The notes under the pieces were generated by a model that ran no database searches, was not told the DNA's origin, and saw only the letters and a list, made by a program, of their open reading frames with translations. The position numbers and the translations under genes were made by a program. Source: an uncultured Pelagibacteraceae bacterium (lineage in GTDB: Bacteria > Pseudomonadota > Alphaproteobacteria > Pelagibacterales > Pelagibacteraceae). From it: DNA of 64,000 bases. The stretch covers positions 26,187 to 90,186 of the forward strand of contig CACHOG010000002.1 in assembly GCA_902581445.1 (NCBI GenBank). Reading direction: 5' to 3'. Below, piece by piece: positions 53,805-62,049 of this stretch (positions are counted from its first letter, which is position 1; every line of letters begins with the position of its first letter).

Positions 53805-53837
53805 TGTTATAAACGCATCTGGCGTATAACGGTAAAA
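53805..53837. repeat. Imperfect palindrome GTTATA...TATAAC, copy 1
   Basis: TGTTATAAACGCATCTGGCGTATAACGGTAAAA; related copy at 55062-55095. Confidence 0.7.
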
Positions 53838-53871
53838 CTTTGTGTAGTGTTTTGCTCATTTTGACGATTTC

Positions 53872-53901
53872 TTGACTTTCAACTTCGTGTATTTCTATAA
53901 T
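53872..53901 (+). promoter_or_regulatory. Near-consensus sigma70 promoter for the islet genes
   Basis: TTGACT-N18-TATAAT, 14 nt upstream of ATG 53916. Confidence 0.6.
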
Positions 53902-53915
53902 ACAAATATTAAAAT

Positions 53916-54524
53916 ATGACTAAAATTGTCTACATATTAACAAATCAATCAATGCCAGATACGATTAAAATTGGAATAACAGATAACCTTGAAAGAAGAA
54001 TGAAAGAGTTGGATAATACTTCTACTCCACTTCCATTTGAATGTTACTATGCAGTTGAGGTTCAAGATGCAAAGGTTATTGAAAAAAAAATTCATGAAGG
54101 TCTAGATGATAAAAGAATAAGACAAAACAGGGAGTTTTTTAATTCAACACCTGAACAAGCAAAAGCAATCTTACAAATAGCAGAGGTTCTGGGTGGAAAA
54201 AATGTTACTCCTACTGATGATATTGTTGAAACACCACAAGATAAACAAGCATTAGAAAATGCTAGAAAAATTAGAAAAAGATTTAATTTTGATATGATTA
54301 ATTTAAAACCAGGTACAATTTTAGAATTTGTAAAAGACAAGACAATTACTTGCGAAATTCATGATAGCACAAAAGTAAAGTTTAGAGATAAAATCACATC
54401 GTTATCAGATGCTGCAGACGTTGTTTTAAGAGATATGGGTTATGACTGGGCAGCAGTTCAAGGTCCAATTTGGTGGAGTTATAACGGTAAGACAATGTCA
54501 GAATTAAGAAGAGAATATGAGTAA
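53916..54524 (+). CDS. GIY-YIG (T5orf172-like) nuclease with putative C-terminal RAMA-like domain
   Basis: IVYILTN..MP...KIG.T...ERR..EL...T..P.PF, E...H, REFF; C-terminus KPGT.L...SLS.AA..V...GP.WW.Y.GKT..ELR. Confidence 0.82.
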   Translation: MTKIVYILTNQSMPDTIKIGITDNLERRMKELDNTSTPLPFECYYAVEVQDAKVIEKKIHEGLDDKRIRQNREFFNSTPEQAKAILQIAEVLGGKNVTPTDDIVETPQDKQALENARKIRKRFNFDMINLKPGTILEFVKDKTITCEIHDSTKVKFRDKITSLSDAADVVLRDMGYDWAAVQGPIWWSYNGKTMSELRREYE

Positions 54525-54537
54525 TTCTAATTAATTA

Positions 54538-55044
54538 ATGAAATCATCGAAAAAAATTATAAGTAACAAAAATGCCAGAGGTAGTGCAGCACAATTTTTT
54601 GTTGCAGGTGAACTTTGTAGAAGAGATTTAGTTGCTGTTGTAACAATGGGTAATACTCCTAATACAGATGTTTTGTGTAGCAATGTAGAAGGAACAAAGT
54701 TTGTTCATATACAAGTTAAAACATTTCCACCTGGTAATAGAAAAGTCACTGTAGGAATGAAAGCAGAAAAAGACTTTGGTAAAAATTTTATCTGGGTTTT
54801 AGCAGGAATCCCACCAAAGGGACACAAAAGTGACTTTGTTTATTATGTGGTACCATCAAGCGAAGTATCTAAAAATGTTAAAAGGATGCATTTAGAATAT
54901 ATTTCTCAACCAGGTAAAAGAGGTCAACAAAGAAAGGATTCAAGTATGAGAGTTATTTTTATTCCACCCTACAAAGACCCCTCAGGTTGGACAATTGAGA
55001 GATATAAAAATAAATGGGATATAATTGAAGACTTACTTAAATAA
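54538..55044 (+). CDS. Putative PD-(D/E)XK restriction-endonuclease-like protein
   Basis: N-terminal helix VAGELCRR, N.PNTDV and IQVKT catalytic-type motifs. Confidence 0.65.
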   Translation: MKSSKKIISNKNARGSAAQFFVAGELCRRDLVAVVTMGNTPNTDVLCSNVEGTKFVHIQVKTFPPGNRKVTVGMKAEKDFGKNFIWVLAGIPPKGHKSDFVYYVVPSSEVSKNVKRMHLEYISQPGKRGQQRKDSSMRVIFIPPYKDPSGWTIERYKNKWDIIEDLLK

Positions 55045-55061
55045 TTAAGAATGATTTAAAG

Positions 55062-55095
55062 TGTTATAGACGCAAATGCACCTATAACGTTAAAA
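55062..55095. repeat. Imperfect palindrome GTTATA...TATAAC, copy 2
   Basis: TGTTATAGACGCAAATGCACCTATAACGTTAAAA; 26 of 34 columns match copy 1 in a manual alignment. Confidence 0.7.
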
Positions 55096-55101
55096 ATTGA
55101 C

Positions 55102-55123
55102 CTTTTGAATTGCTTTTGAATTG
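55102..55123 (+). repeat. Tandem 11-mer CTTTTGAATTG, two copies
   Basis: Perfect copies at 55102-55112 and 55113-55123. Confidence 0.7.
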
Positions 55124-55132
55124 AGATGTAAA

Positions 55133-55152
55133 TTAGATGAACTTTGATGAAC
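55133..55152 (+). repeat. Two tandem TTWGATGAAC boxes (candidate integrase arm sites)
   Basis: TTAGATGAAC 55133-55142, TTTGATGAAC 55143-55152; same motif and orientation as 53760-53792. Confidence 0.75.
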
Positions 55153-55238
55153 AAAAATTAAAAAGACTAGATAATATAAGACTTAATGACAACCAGTATG
55201 AGAATGTAATCCCCATTAATATCAAACAAAAAATCAAG

Positions 55239-55267
55239 AAGGGCAGTTTCTACTGCCCTTTTTTTTT
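55239..55267 (+). terminator. Rho-independent terminator, probably the original groEL terminator
   Basis: AAGGGCAGT-TTCT-ACTGCCC followed by a T9 tract. Confidence 0.88.
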
Positions 55268-55397
55268 GCCTATCCTCTTCATGGTGGATGAAAAGTTAAT
55301 CTAACAAATTTATGCAGTCTAATTCTAACAAACCACATATTAAAATCATACGCTTCTTAATAAGTTGAATAAATCACTAATTTGTTGAAAATTAAAT

Positions 55398-55781
55398 TTA
55401 CTTACTTTTCTTTTTTTTTGATATTCCTAGCTTATCGCTATGTCTTAACCTTAATATAACAATTGCTCCAGCAATTAACACAATGGCTACCGCTTCGTAG
55501 ACTAGTGCTGAAGGATCCATTTCCTTTCCTTGCAAAATTATGAATCGTGAAAGAGCAGTAATTGCAATTAAAAGTGGTAAAGTAATACTGATTGACTGTT
55601 GATCCCAAAACACTCTAACCATTGCAAGCACCTCTAGGTATAGGAACATTAAAAGTAAATCAGCAAGAGTTACTGATGTATTTATGAACATTAATTTAAT
55701 CTCTAAAACTACGGCAATGATAGTACTAACTAAAATTATTCCAAGTAAGCCAAGTTGTAAGTATTTTACTAGATCTTTCAT
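55398..55781 (-). CDS. Phosphate-starvation-inducible PsiE family membrane protein
   Basis: LADLLLMFLYLE, P...IAITALSR.II; four TM helices. Confidence 0.82.
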   Translation of the reverse strand: MKDLVKYLQLGLLGIILVSTIIAVVLEIKLMFINTSVTLADLLLMFLYLEVLAMVRVFWDQQSISITLPLLIAITALSRFIILQGKEMDPSALVYEAVAIVLIAGAIVILRLRHSDKLGISKKKKSK

Positions 55782-55823
55782 ATAATTTTAAAACAATTGA
55801 TTCGAATATTAAAATACAAGAAA

Positions 55824-56471
55824 TTATCTAAAAATTCTACCAACAATAAATAAGCCAAGTGCCACTGCCGGTCCAATACCAAAGGCAAAAAGTATGGTTC
55901 CAATACCAACTGTCCCACCTAAATACCAACCAATACTAACTACCGTTATTTCTAAAAATGCTCTAACTGCTGCTATTGGCAAATTTGTTTTTTTTTGAAG
56001 TCCAGTCATCAAACCATCTCTAGGACCAGGGCCTAAATTAGCCACGAGATAAATACCACTCCCTATTCCAACGAGCAGGACAGCTGCTACTGCTAAGATC
56101 ATTTTTAAAATAAAGCCTTCGGGGGTGGAAACATAATTTAAACAGAGGTCTATCATTATTGCTATAATTACTGCATTCAGGATTGTGCCAATTCCTGGTT
56201 TTTGGCTCAAAAATATCCAAAGTGTGATAACGAAAATACTAATAAAAAAAGTTATAATTCCAATTGAAGTATTTACTTTCAAAGAAATGCCTTGAGCTAA
56301 TACACTCCATGGAGAAGCTCCAGTATAAGATACAAGCAATAAACCTTCGCCTATACCAAATAAACTTAGCCCAAAGCATAAAAAGAATAAAGTTGATAAT
56401 CTTGGTTTTAAATTAAGAGGATTTTTAGAACTCCATGAAACCTTTGGAATGTCTTTAATTTTTAGAAACAT
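55824..56471 (-). CDS. YczE/YitT family membrane protein
   Basis: GASPW.VL.QG, PGIGT, LGPGPRDGLM, GG.VG.GT. Confidence 0.85.
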   Translation of the reverse strand: MFLKIKDIPKVSWSSKNPLNLKPRLSTLFFLCFGLSLFGIGEGLLLVSYTGASPWSVLAQGISLKVNTSIGIITFFISIFVITLWIFLSQKPGIGTILNAVIIAIMIDLCLNYVSTPEGFILKMILAVAAVLLVGIGSGIYLVANLGPGPRDGLMTGLQKKTNLPIAAVRAFLEITVVSIGWYLGGTVGIGTILFAFGIGPAVALGLFIVGRIFR

Positions 56472-56570
56472 AGTTTATTTAGTAATAAAACTTAATAAAT
56501 CCTAATAAAAAATAATTTGCAAATAAATAATCTTATTTTAGTAATTAAAAAAATCTATAAACTTACTTTT

Positions 56571-57251
56571 ATGAAAAAAATCTTCATTACTGCTATAATA
56601 TTAACTTTAGGTATCTTTAAAACTTCTGTCTCTAAAGAACTAATTGATTTAAAGTTTATAGAAATGGAAGTATTAAGAAATGGCGATGTAATTGGTTTTT
56701 CGAATTACATGTTCTCAAAAGAAAATAATTTTTTGAAAGTTGAAAATGAGACAAACTTCAAAGTCGATATTTTAGGGGTAAATTTATTCAAAATTGATAG
56801 CTTGGGTATTGAATTTTACGAGAATAATAAGTTAGTTTCATTTGAATCTGAAACTTTTCAAAATAAAAAAGTAAAATATGTAAATTTAAAACTTTCAGAA
56901 GATAAAACCCAATATTTAATAAACGGTTCATCTTATAAGGGAACTGCTTCTCTAAATAATGTTATAGGAAACTGGTGGAACTATCAAATTTTACAAACTG
57001 ATTCCCAAATAAGTCCTTTGTCAGGAAGTGTAAAAAAACAAGAGGTAAAATATATAGGCGATGAATTAATAAAAATTTTGGACAGAAAAATAGAAACAAA
57101 AAAATTTAGTTTGAAATCAAAAAACCAAAACCTCCCTGAAGATAAAAAGCTTGATTTTATTATATGGATAGATCCTAGCACAAATATAATTTTAAAAGTT
57201 GCATATGAAAGAATGGGTAGATGGGAATATAAATTAAAGAAATATAATTAA
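56571..57251 (+). CDS. Exported hypothetical protein (DUF6134-like, beta-rich)
   Basis: Signal peptide from ATG 56571; RNG..IG and WW motifs. Confidence 0.6.
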   Translation: MKKIFITAIILTLGIFKTSVSKELIDLKFIEMEVLRNGDVIGFSNYMFSKENNFLKVENETNFKVDILGVNLFKIDSLGIEFYENNKLVSFESETFQNKKVKYVNLKLSEDKTQYLINGSSYKGTASLNNVIGNWWNYQILQTDSQISPLSGSVKKQEVKYIGDELIKILDRKIETKKFSLKSKNQNLPEDKKLDFIIWIDPSTNIILKVAYERMGRWEYKLKKYN

Positions 57252-57255
57252 AAAA

Positions 57256-58413
57256 TTAATTTTCCTTTTTTTTTCTTACCCTTGAAATTAATTGCGTTAG
57301 CGAGTCAACCATTTGATCTGAAGCTTTAAAAATTTCTGTTGTTTTGTAATCATAAGATAAATTTTTTTCTGGATTGGTTTTATCCTCTATTATTATTCCT
57401 TCATCAGGAGAATTATTTTTAATATAAATTAATATCAGCCAATTATCATCTTCATTTTCATCCCATTTAATGAAAATTTCTCCTGTTTCAAATCTTCGAT
57501 CTATACATCTTAAAATAGACATTTGTCTTGTTATATGTCTTTTATTTAATTGAAAAACTAAACTGCTTGCACTTCTATAAAAACTTTCTAAAGCAAACTC
57601 AATTTTTTGTCTTGCTAAAGTATAATCTTTTTCTTTTTGAAGTAGCGTTTCCCTATCTTCATCACCTTGTATTTTTACTCCAAGAGCCTCTACTCTCTCT
57701 CGAATTTTTTGATCTCTTATAATTCTATATTTTTCTCTTAATTTATCTATTCTCTCCTGTAGACCAGCGTAATCCTCTCTTTTTTCTTTAAGTGAGATTT
57801 TTTCTAATTGTTCTAGTTCTTTTATTTCTCTTATTCTAAATTTTTCAATTTGTTTTTCTAATTTAAGTTGTTCAAGGAATTTTCTCTGCTTTTCGGCTTG
57901 TTCTTGTCTTATTATCGCCTGTTCTTTTCTTAAAAATGATTTGATGTCTTTGACTCTTTCTTTCTCTAATTTTATCTCATCTTTTAATAGTTGTTCTTTG
58001 AGTTTCAAATTAGCTTGCTTTTCTTCTTCTAGACGTAATTTTTTATCGATTTTCTCTTTCTCAATTCTTTCCATTTCCTCAATTTTTTTTCTTCTCGTTT
58101 CATCTTTTTGTAATATCTTGTACTCATTGATTGTATCTGAAATTTTTGTAAAGAATTTTTGAAGGAAGTTATCGATAGTTACAAAAGGATTGAAACTTAT
58201 TTTTATGTCAGGCTTCAAAGAGCTTTGAAATCTTATTAATCTTAAAAGGATTTGATTTTTTTTATTTTTATTATCAACTTTAAATTTTTTTTTTACATTT
58301 TTCTTTCTCTTTTTTGTTTTTTTTTGTTTTTTTGACTTTATTTGAGATTTTTTAATCTTATTGATCTTAAAGATTCTTTTAGCTTTTTTATTTTTTTTTT
58401 TCTTTTTTTTCAT
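57256..58413 (-). CDS. Hypothetical protein with Lys-rich N-terminal tail and long coiled coil
   Basis: 385-aa ORF with E/K/R/Q heptads and a globular C-terminus; no family recognised. Confidence 0.7.
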   Translation of the reverse strand: MKKKKKKNKKAKRIFKINKIKKSQIKSKKQKKTKKRKKNVKKKFKVDNKNKKNQILLRLIRFQSSLKPDIKISFNPFVTIDNFLQKFFTKISDTINEYKILQKDETRRKKIEEMERIEKEKIDKKLRLEEEKQANLKLKEQLLKDEIKLEKERVKDIKSFLRKEQAIIRQEQAEKQRKFLEQLKLEKQIEKFRIREIKELEQLEKISLKEKREDYAGLQERIDKLREKYRIIRDQKIRERVEALGVKIQGDEDRETLLQKEKDYTLARQKIEFALESFYRSASSLVFQLNKRHITRQMSILRCIDRRFETGEIFIKWDENEDDNWLILIYIKNNSPDEGIIIEDKTNPEKNLSYDYKTTEIFKASDQMVDSLTQLISRVRKKKEN

Positions 58414-58439
58414 TTAGAGGATTTTAGAGATTTATCAAT

Positions 58440-59633
58440 TTATTGTTGATAAATATAGTCTCTTGTGTTCGGTACAGAATCTAATTTTTTAGATAGTTGG
58501 AATTGAAATACAACCTGGTCTCCCCATTTAAAAGCCATTTCACAACTTGCAAGATAAAATTCCCACATTCTAAAAAATTTTTCATCAAACATTTCTAAAA
58601 CTTGACTTTTTTTACTAAGAAATCTCTCTTTCCAGTGTCTTAGGGTGTGAGCATAATGCTTTCTTAAAACCTCAATATCAGAAAGTACTAATCCAGATTT
58701 CTCTATTGGTTGGGCTACTTCACTTAAACTTGGTGTATATCCTCCAGGAAAAATATATTTATTTATCCATGGCTGAGGATCACGTGGGGGATTAATAGAT
58801 CCAATCGTATGTATCAATGCGACACCATCTTCAGAAAGAAGTTTTGATACTGTATTAAAGTATGTTTTATAAAACTTCTTACCTACATGTTCAAACATTC
58901 CAACACTTACTATCCTGTCAAACTTTTCGTTTAAATTTCTATAATCTTCAAGTCTAAAATCAACTTGATTTTCCAAGTTCATCTCTTTCGCTTTTTGTTT
59001 GCTATACTGCAACTGGTTTTCAGAGAGAGTTATGCCAAGTACTGAGCATTTGGTTTTTTTCGCTATTTCTAAGGCTAATGTTCCCCATCCACTTCCAATG
59101 TCTAAAACTCTTTGATCATTTTCTAATTTAAGTTTTTTAATTATATGGTTGATCTTATTATTTTGAGCTTCTTCTAAAGTATTTGTTTCATCTTTAAAAT
59201 ACGCACAAGAGTATTGTCTTTTCTCATCCAAAAATAGATCGTAAAGTTTTTCAGATATATCATAATGATGTGCAACATTTTTTTTTGAGTTTTTTACAAA
59301 ATTGAAATTTGTTAGGGTCTTATAAAATCCTCTGAGTTTATTAATTATCATTCCATAATTATTAATCTCCCCTCTTCCAATATTTTCAAATGCAATTTCT
59401 AAAAAGTCTGTTAATGATCCATTTTCAATAACAACTGATCCATTTGAATAGGCTTCCCCAAAATAAAGATCTGGGTGAAAAAGTAATTTTGAATGTAAAC
59501 TTCTATCCAAAAGTCTTAGAGTAATTGGATTTTCTTTTTTAGGATTTCCAATTTTATACTTATTGCTATCAGCATCGATTAAAATAAATCCATTTTTAAT
59601 AAATAAGCTATTTAAAAATTTTGCTAGTTTCAT
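58440..59633 (-). CDS. cfa: Cyclopropane-fatty-acyl-phospholipid synthase family methyltransferase
   Basis: HHYD, QYSCAYF, LDIGSGWG, SVGMFEHVG, YIFPGG, RMWEFYL. Confidence 0.9.
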   Translation of the reverse strand: MKLAKFLNSLFIKNGFILIDADSNKYKIGNPKKENPITLRLLDRSLHSKLLFHPDLYFGEAYSNGSVVIENGSLTDFLEIAFENIGRGEINNYGMIINKLRGFYKTLTNFNFVKNSKKNVAHHYDISEKLYDLFLDEKRQYSCAYFKDETNTLEEAQNNKINHIIKKLKLENDQRVLDIGSGWGTLALEIAKKTKCSVLGITLSENQLQYSKQKAKEMNLENQVDFRLEDYRNLNEKFDRIVSVGMFEHVGKKFYKTYFNTVSKLLSEDGVALIHTIGSINPPRDPQPWINKYIFPGGYTPSLSEVAQPIEKSGLVLSDIEVLRKHYAHTLRHWKERFLSKKSQVLEMFDEKFFRMWEFYLASCEMAFKWGDQVVFQFQLSKKLDSVPNTRDYIYQQ

Positions 59634-59634
59634 T

Positions 59635-60519
59635 TTAAGCTACCTTTAAAAAATTATAATTAAAATCTAATTTGGCTAATTCATCAAGTAATTTTTTTTT
59701 GCTATCTTGATTTAATAACGAAAGTGGCGGTAATAAATTCTTATAAGAATTATCTGAAATTGATAAAAATGTATGGATGCCAGATATTAAATTATATTTA
59801 TCAAATTCCTCTCGTACATTACATAATTTTTGGTTGTTAGTTTGATCTACTTTATTAAAAAAATTATCATAAACATTTCTTGATAATTCTGCTGTAACAT
59901 TGCAGGTTGCAGTAATTATGCCCGAACAACCTAATTCTAAACCATTTAATAATTTTAATTCTGAACCAGGTAAGATAGAAAAATTTTTTAATTTTAAGTC
60001 TTTATACAAATTATATGTACTATCTTTAACTCCTATGATTTGATCTGGATAAATTTTTACAAGCTCCTCAACACACTCTACTGAAAATTTATATCCACAT
60101 AATTTTTCAAAATTATATAAAACGATTTTACACCATGGGTGAATTTTGATTATCTCAGAGTAAAATTTAATCGCATCATTATCTGCATAAACGTAATATG
60201 CTGGTGGCATTATTAGAAAATTCTCAAATTTAAAATTTTTACATATATTAAGAAATGAAATAGTTTCTTTAAGTGAATTAAAACCTGTACCAATTATAAA
60301 ATTATTTTTGAATTTATTTTTTGAAAGTCTCTCAATTAACTTAATTTTTTCTGCAACAGAAATTAATTGCGCTTGTCCCGTGCTACCAAAAATTACAACT
60401 CCATGACAGCCCTGCAATATTAAATTTTCTGCGTGTTTAATTGTTTTATCTACATCTAAATTCAATTCTTTATCTAACACAGATACCGAAGCCGCATAAA
60501 TGCCATTAATTTTACTCAT
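59635..60519 (-). CDS. Dihydrodipicolinate synthase family aldolase
   Basis: GSTG, PP.YY, LYN, GVKDS Schiff-base Lys. Confidence 0.85.
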   Translation of the reverse strand: MSKINGIYAASVSVLDKELNLDVDKTIKHAENLILQGCHGVVIFGSTGQAQLISVAEKIKLIERLSKNKFKNNFIIGTGFNSLKETISFLNICKNFKFENFLIMPPAYYVYADNDAIKFYSEIIKIHPWCKIVLYNFEKLCGYKFSVECVEELVKIYPDQIIGVKDSTYNLYKDLKLKNFSILPGSELKLLNGLELGCSGIITATCNVTAELSRNVYDNFFNKVDQTNNQKLCNVREEFDKYNLISGIHTFLSISDNSYKNLLPPLSLLNQDSKKKLLDELAKLDFNYNFLKVA

Positions 60520-60566
60520 AATAAAAACTTATATAAAAATAAAATTTTAGTAAAGTTGATAAAAAA

Positions 60567-61532
60567 ATGAAAATTCTAGCTATTCAAAACAGAATGGGTA
60601 TTGGTGATATGATAATATATTTACCTTTTATAGAAGCGATATCAAAAAAATATAATACAAAAGTTGACATTCTAGTTAAAGAAAACTCTAAAGCCTCAGA
60701 AATTTTGAAGGATAACAGATATGTTGGAGAAATTATAAATTTAGACAGAACTAATAAGAATAAAAAAGGTACACATGATGGTATTTTTGGATCAATCAGT
60801 TTAGCAAATCAATTAAAAAAATACAATTTTGAAAAAGTATTTATTTTTAATTCGTCTTTAAGATATAAGTTAATATGTAAATTGGCATCCATCAAAGAGA
60901 TACATCAATATCCATTGTTTAAAAAAAAAAACCAGCATATTATTTTAGCAGCACAAAGTTTTCTAAAAAATTCTATTGGCGAACATGTAAAAAGTGAACC
61001 TGTAATCAATATAGATAAAAAAAAAATTTCTGAAACGGCAATAAAGTTAAAAATAACAAAAAAGGAAAAAAATATTATATTGGGTATAGGGGGGTCGGGA
61101 AATACTAAAAGAATACCATCAAAAATATTTTTAAGATTTATGGAAATGTGTCAAAACAAACATAATTGCAGATTTTTTTTAGCTACAGGAACTAATGAAG
61201 AGGAGCAGATTATCTTAAAGGATATTTTGAATTCAAAATTTAATTCCAAATGCTTGACTTTAGATAAAATGAGTTTATTTCAAATCTTGCCTATAATTGC
61301 TAATTGCGATGTAGCAGTTTGTAATGATTCTAGTTTTAGTCACTTATCCGCTGCAATTGGTGTACCGACTATAGTTTTGATGGCAGACACACCTTTATTA
61401 TATGGTAGTTATAGTTCAAAAATGTTTCCAATAATTCCTGACGGAGAGCTCACTGTCAAACATGATACGTTAGGTAAAGATAAAATTGATCCACAAAAGA
61501 TATTTTATAAATTTAAAGAGTTAATTAACTAA
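60567..61532 (+). CDS. Glycosyltransferase family 9 (LPS heptosyltransferase-like)
   Basis: GIGDM, NDSSFSHLSAAIGVPT. Confidence 0.85.
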   Translation: MKILAIQNRMGIGDMIIYLPFIEAISKKYNTKVDILVKENSKASEILKDNRYVGEIINLDRTNKNKKGTHDGIFGSISLANQLKKYNFEKVFIFNSSLRYKLICKLASIKEIHQYPLFKKKNQHIILAAQSFLKNSIGEHVKSEPVINIDKKKISETAIKLKITKKEKNIILGIGGSGNTKRIPSKIFLRFMEMCQNKHNCRFFLATGTNEEEQIILKDILNSKFNSKCLTLDKMSLFQILPIIANCDVAVCNDSSFSHLSAAIGVPTIVLMADTPLLYGSYSSKMFPIIPDGELTVKHDTLGKDKIDPQKIFYKFKELIN

Positions 61533-62034
61533 CATCTTTTAAAACTATTTCCTTAGCCTCATTTACTATTGCTGCTAATCTAGATAAATCAGGACTTACA
61601 TCCGGGTGGATTTTTTTCATGATATTTTTATACGATTTCATGACTTCTTCTTTAGAATATTTTTTTTTTGGATTTAAATTAAGTATTTTATATGCCTCAT
61701 CAACTGATATGGACTGGGTGTTAGCTGCTGATCCCATATTATTGAAATTAAACCTTCCTGAATTTCTTAAGAATCTTAGTAGACCCCAAATCCTTACTAT
61801 TTGAAGTAAAGTCAAACCAGCTTTGGTCTTTATTAGTGGCAAAATCATAAGTAAAAATGGTAAAGAAAATATATACCTTCCAGCAAAGGCCATTATCACA
61901 GCAAGGACTATAGATAAAATAATAGTAAAAGTTCTAATTCCCTTAGAAATTTTAGCACTTGATGTCTTAACAAACCAATTAAGCAATAAATAGACTAGGA
62001 CAAAAATAATTAGTGTTAAGAAAAAAATATTCAT
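61525..62034 (-). CDS. Membrane-anchored DnaJ-domain protein
   Basis: N-terminal TM helices, C-terminal EAYKIL...HPD...VNEAK; ATG at 62034. Confidence 0.85.
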   Translation of the reverse strand: MNIFFLTLIIFVLVYLLLNWFVKTSSAKISKGIRTFTIILSIVLAVIMAFAGRYIFSLPFLLMILPLIKTKAGLTLLQIVRIWGLLRFLRNSGRFNFNNMGSAANTQSISVDEAYKILNLNPKKKYSKEEVMKSYKNIMKKIHPDVSPDLSRLAAIVNEAKEIVLKDVS

Positions 62035-62049
62035 GTAATAGATGTTAAA

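Noticed and set aside
53760-53837. Possible CRISPR array or integron attC
   Set aside because: Repeats are 10 bp with no spacers and there are no cas genes. The palindromes run GTT...AAC, opposite to the attC order RYYYAAC...GTTRRRY, and no intI is present
58380-58413. Long poly-T/A runs as phase-variation tracts
   Set aside because: Such runs occur throughout this AT-rich window and the reading frames are intact
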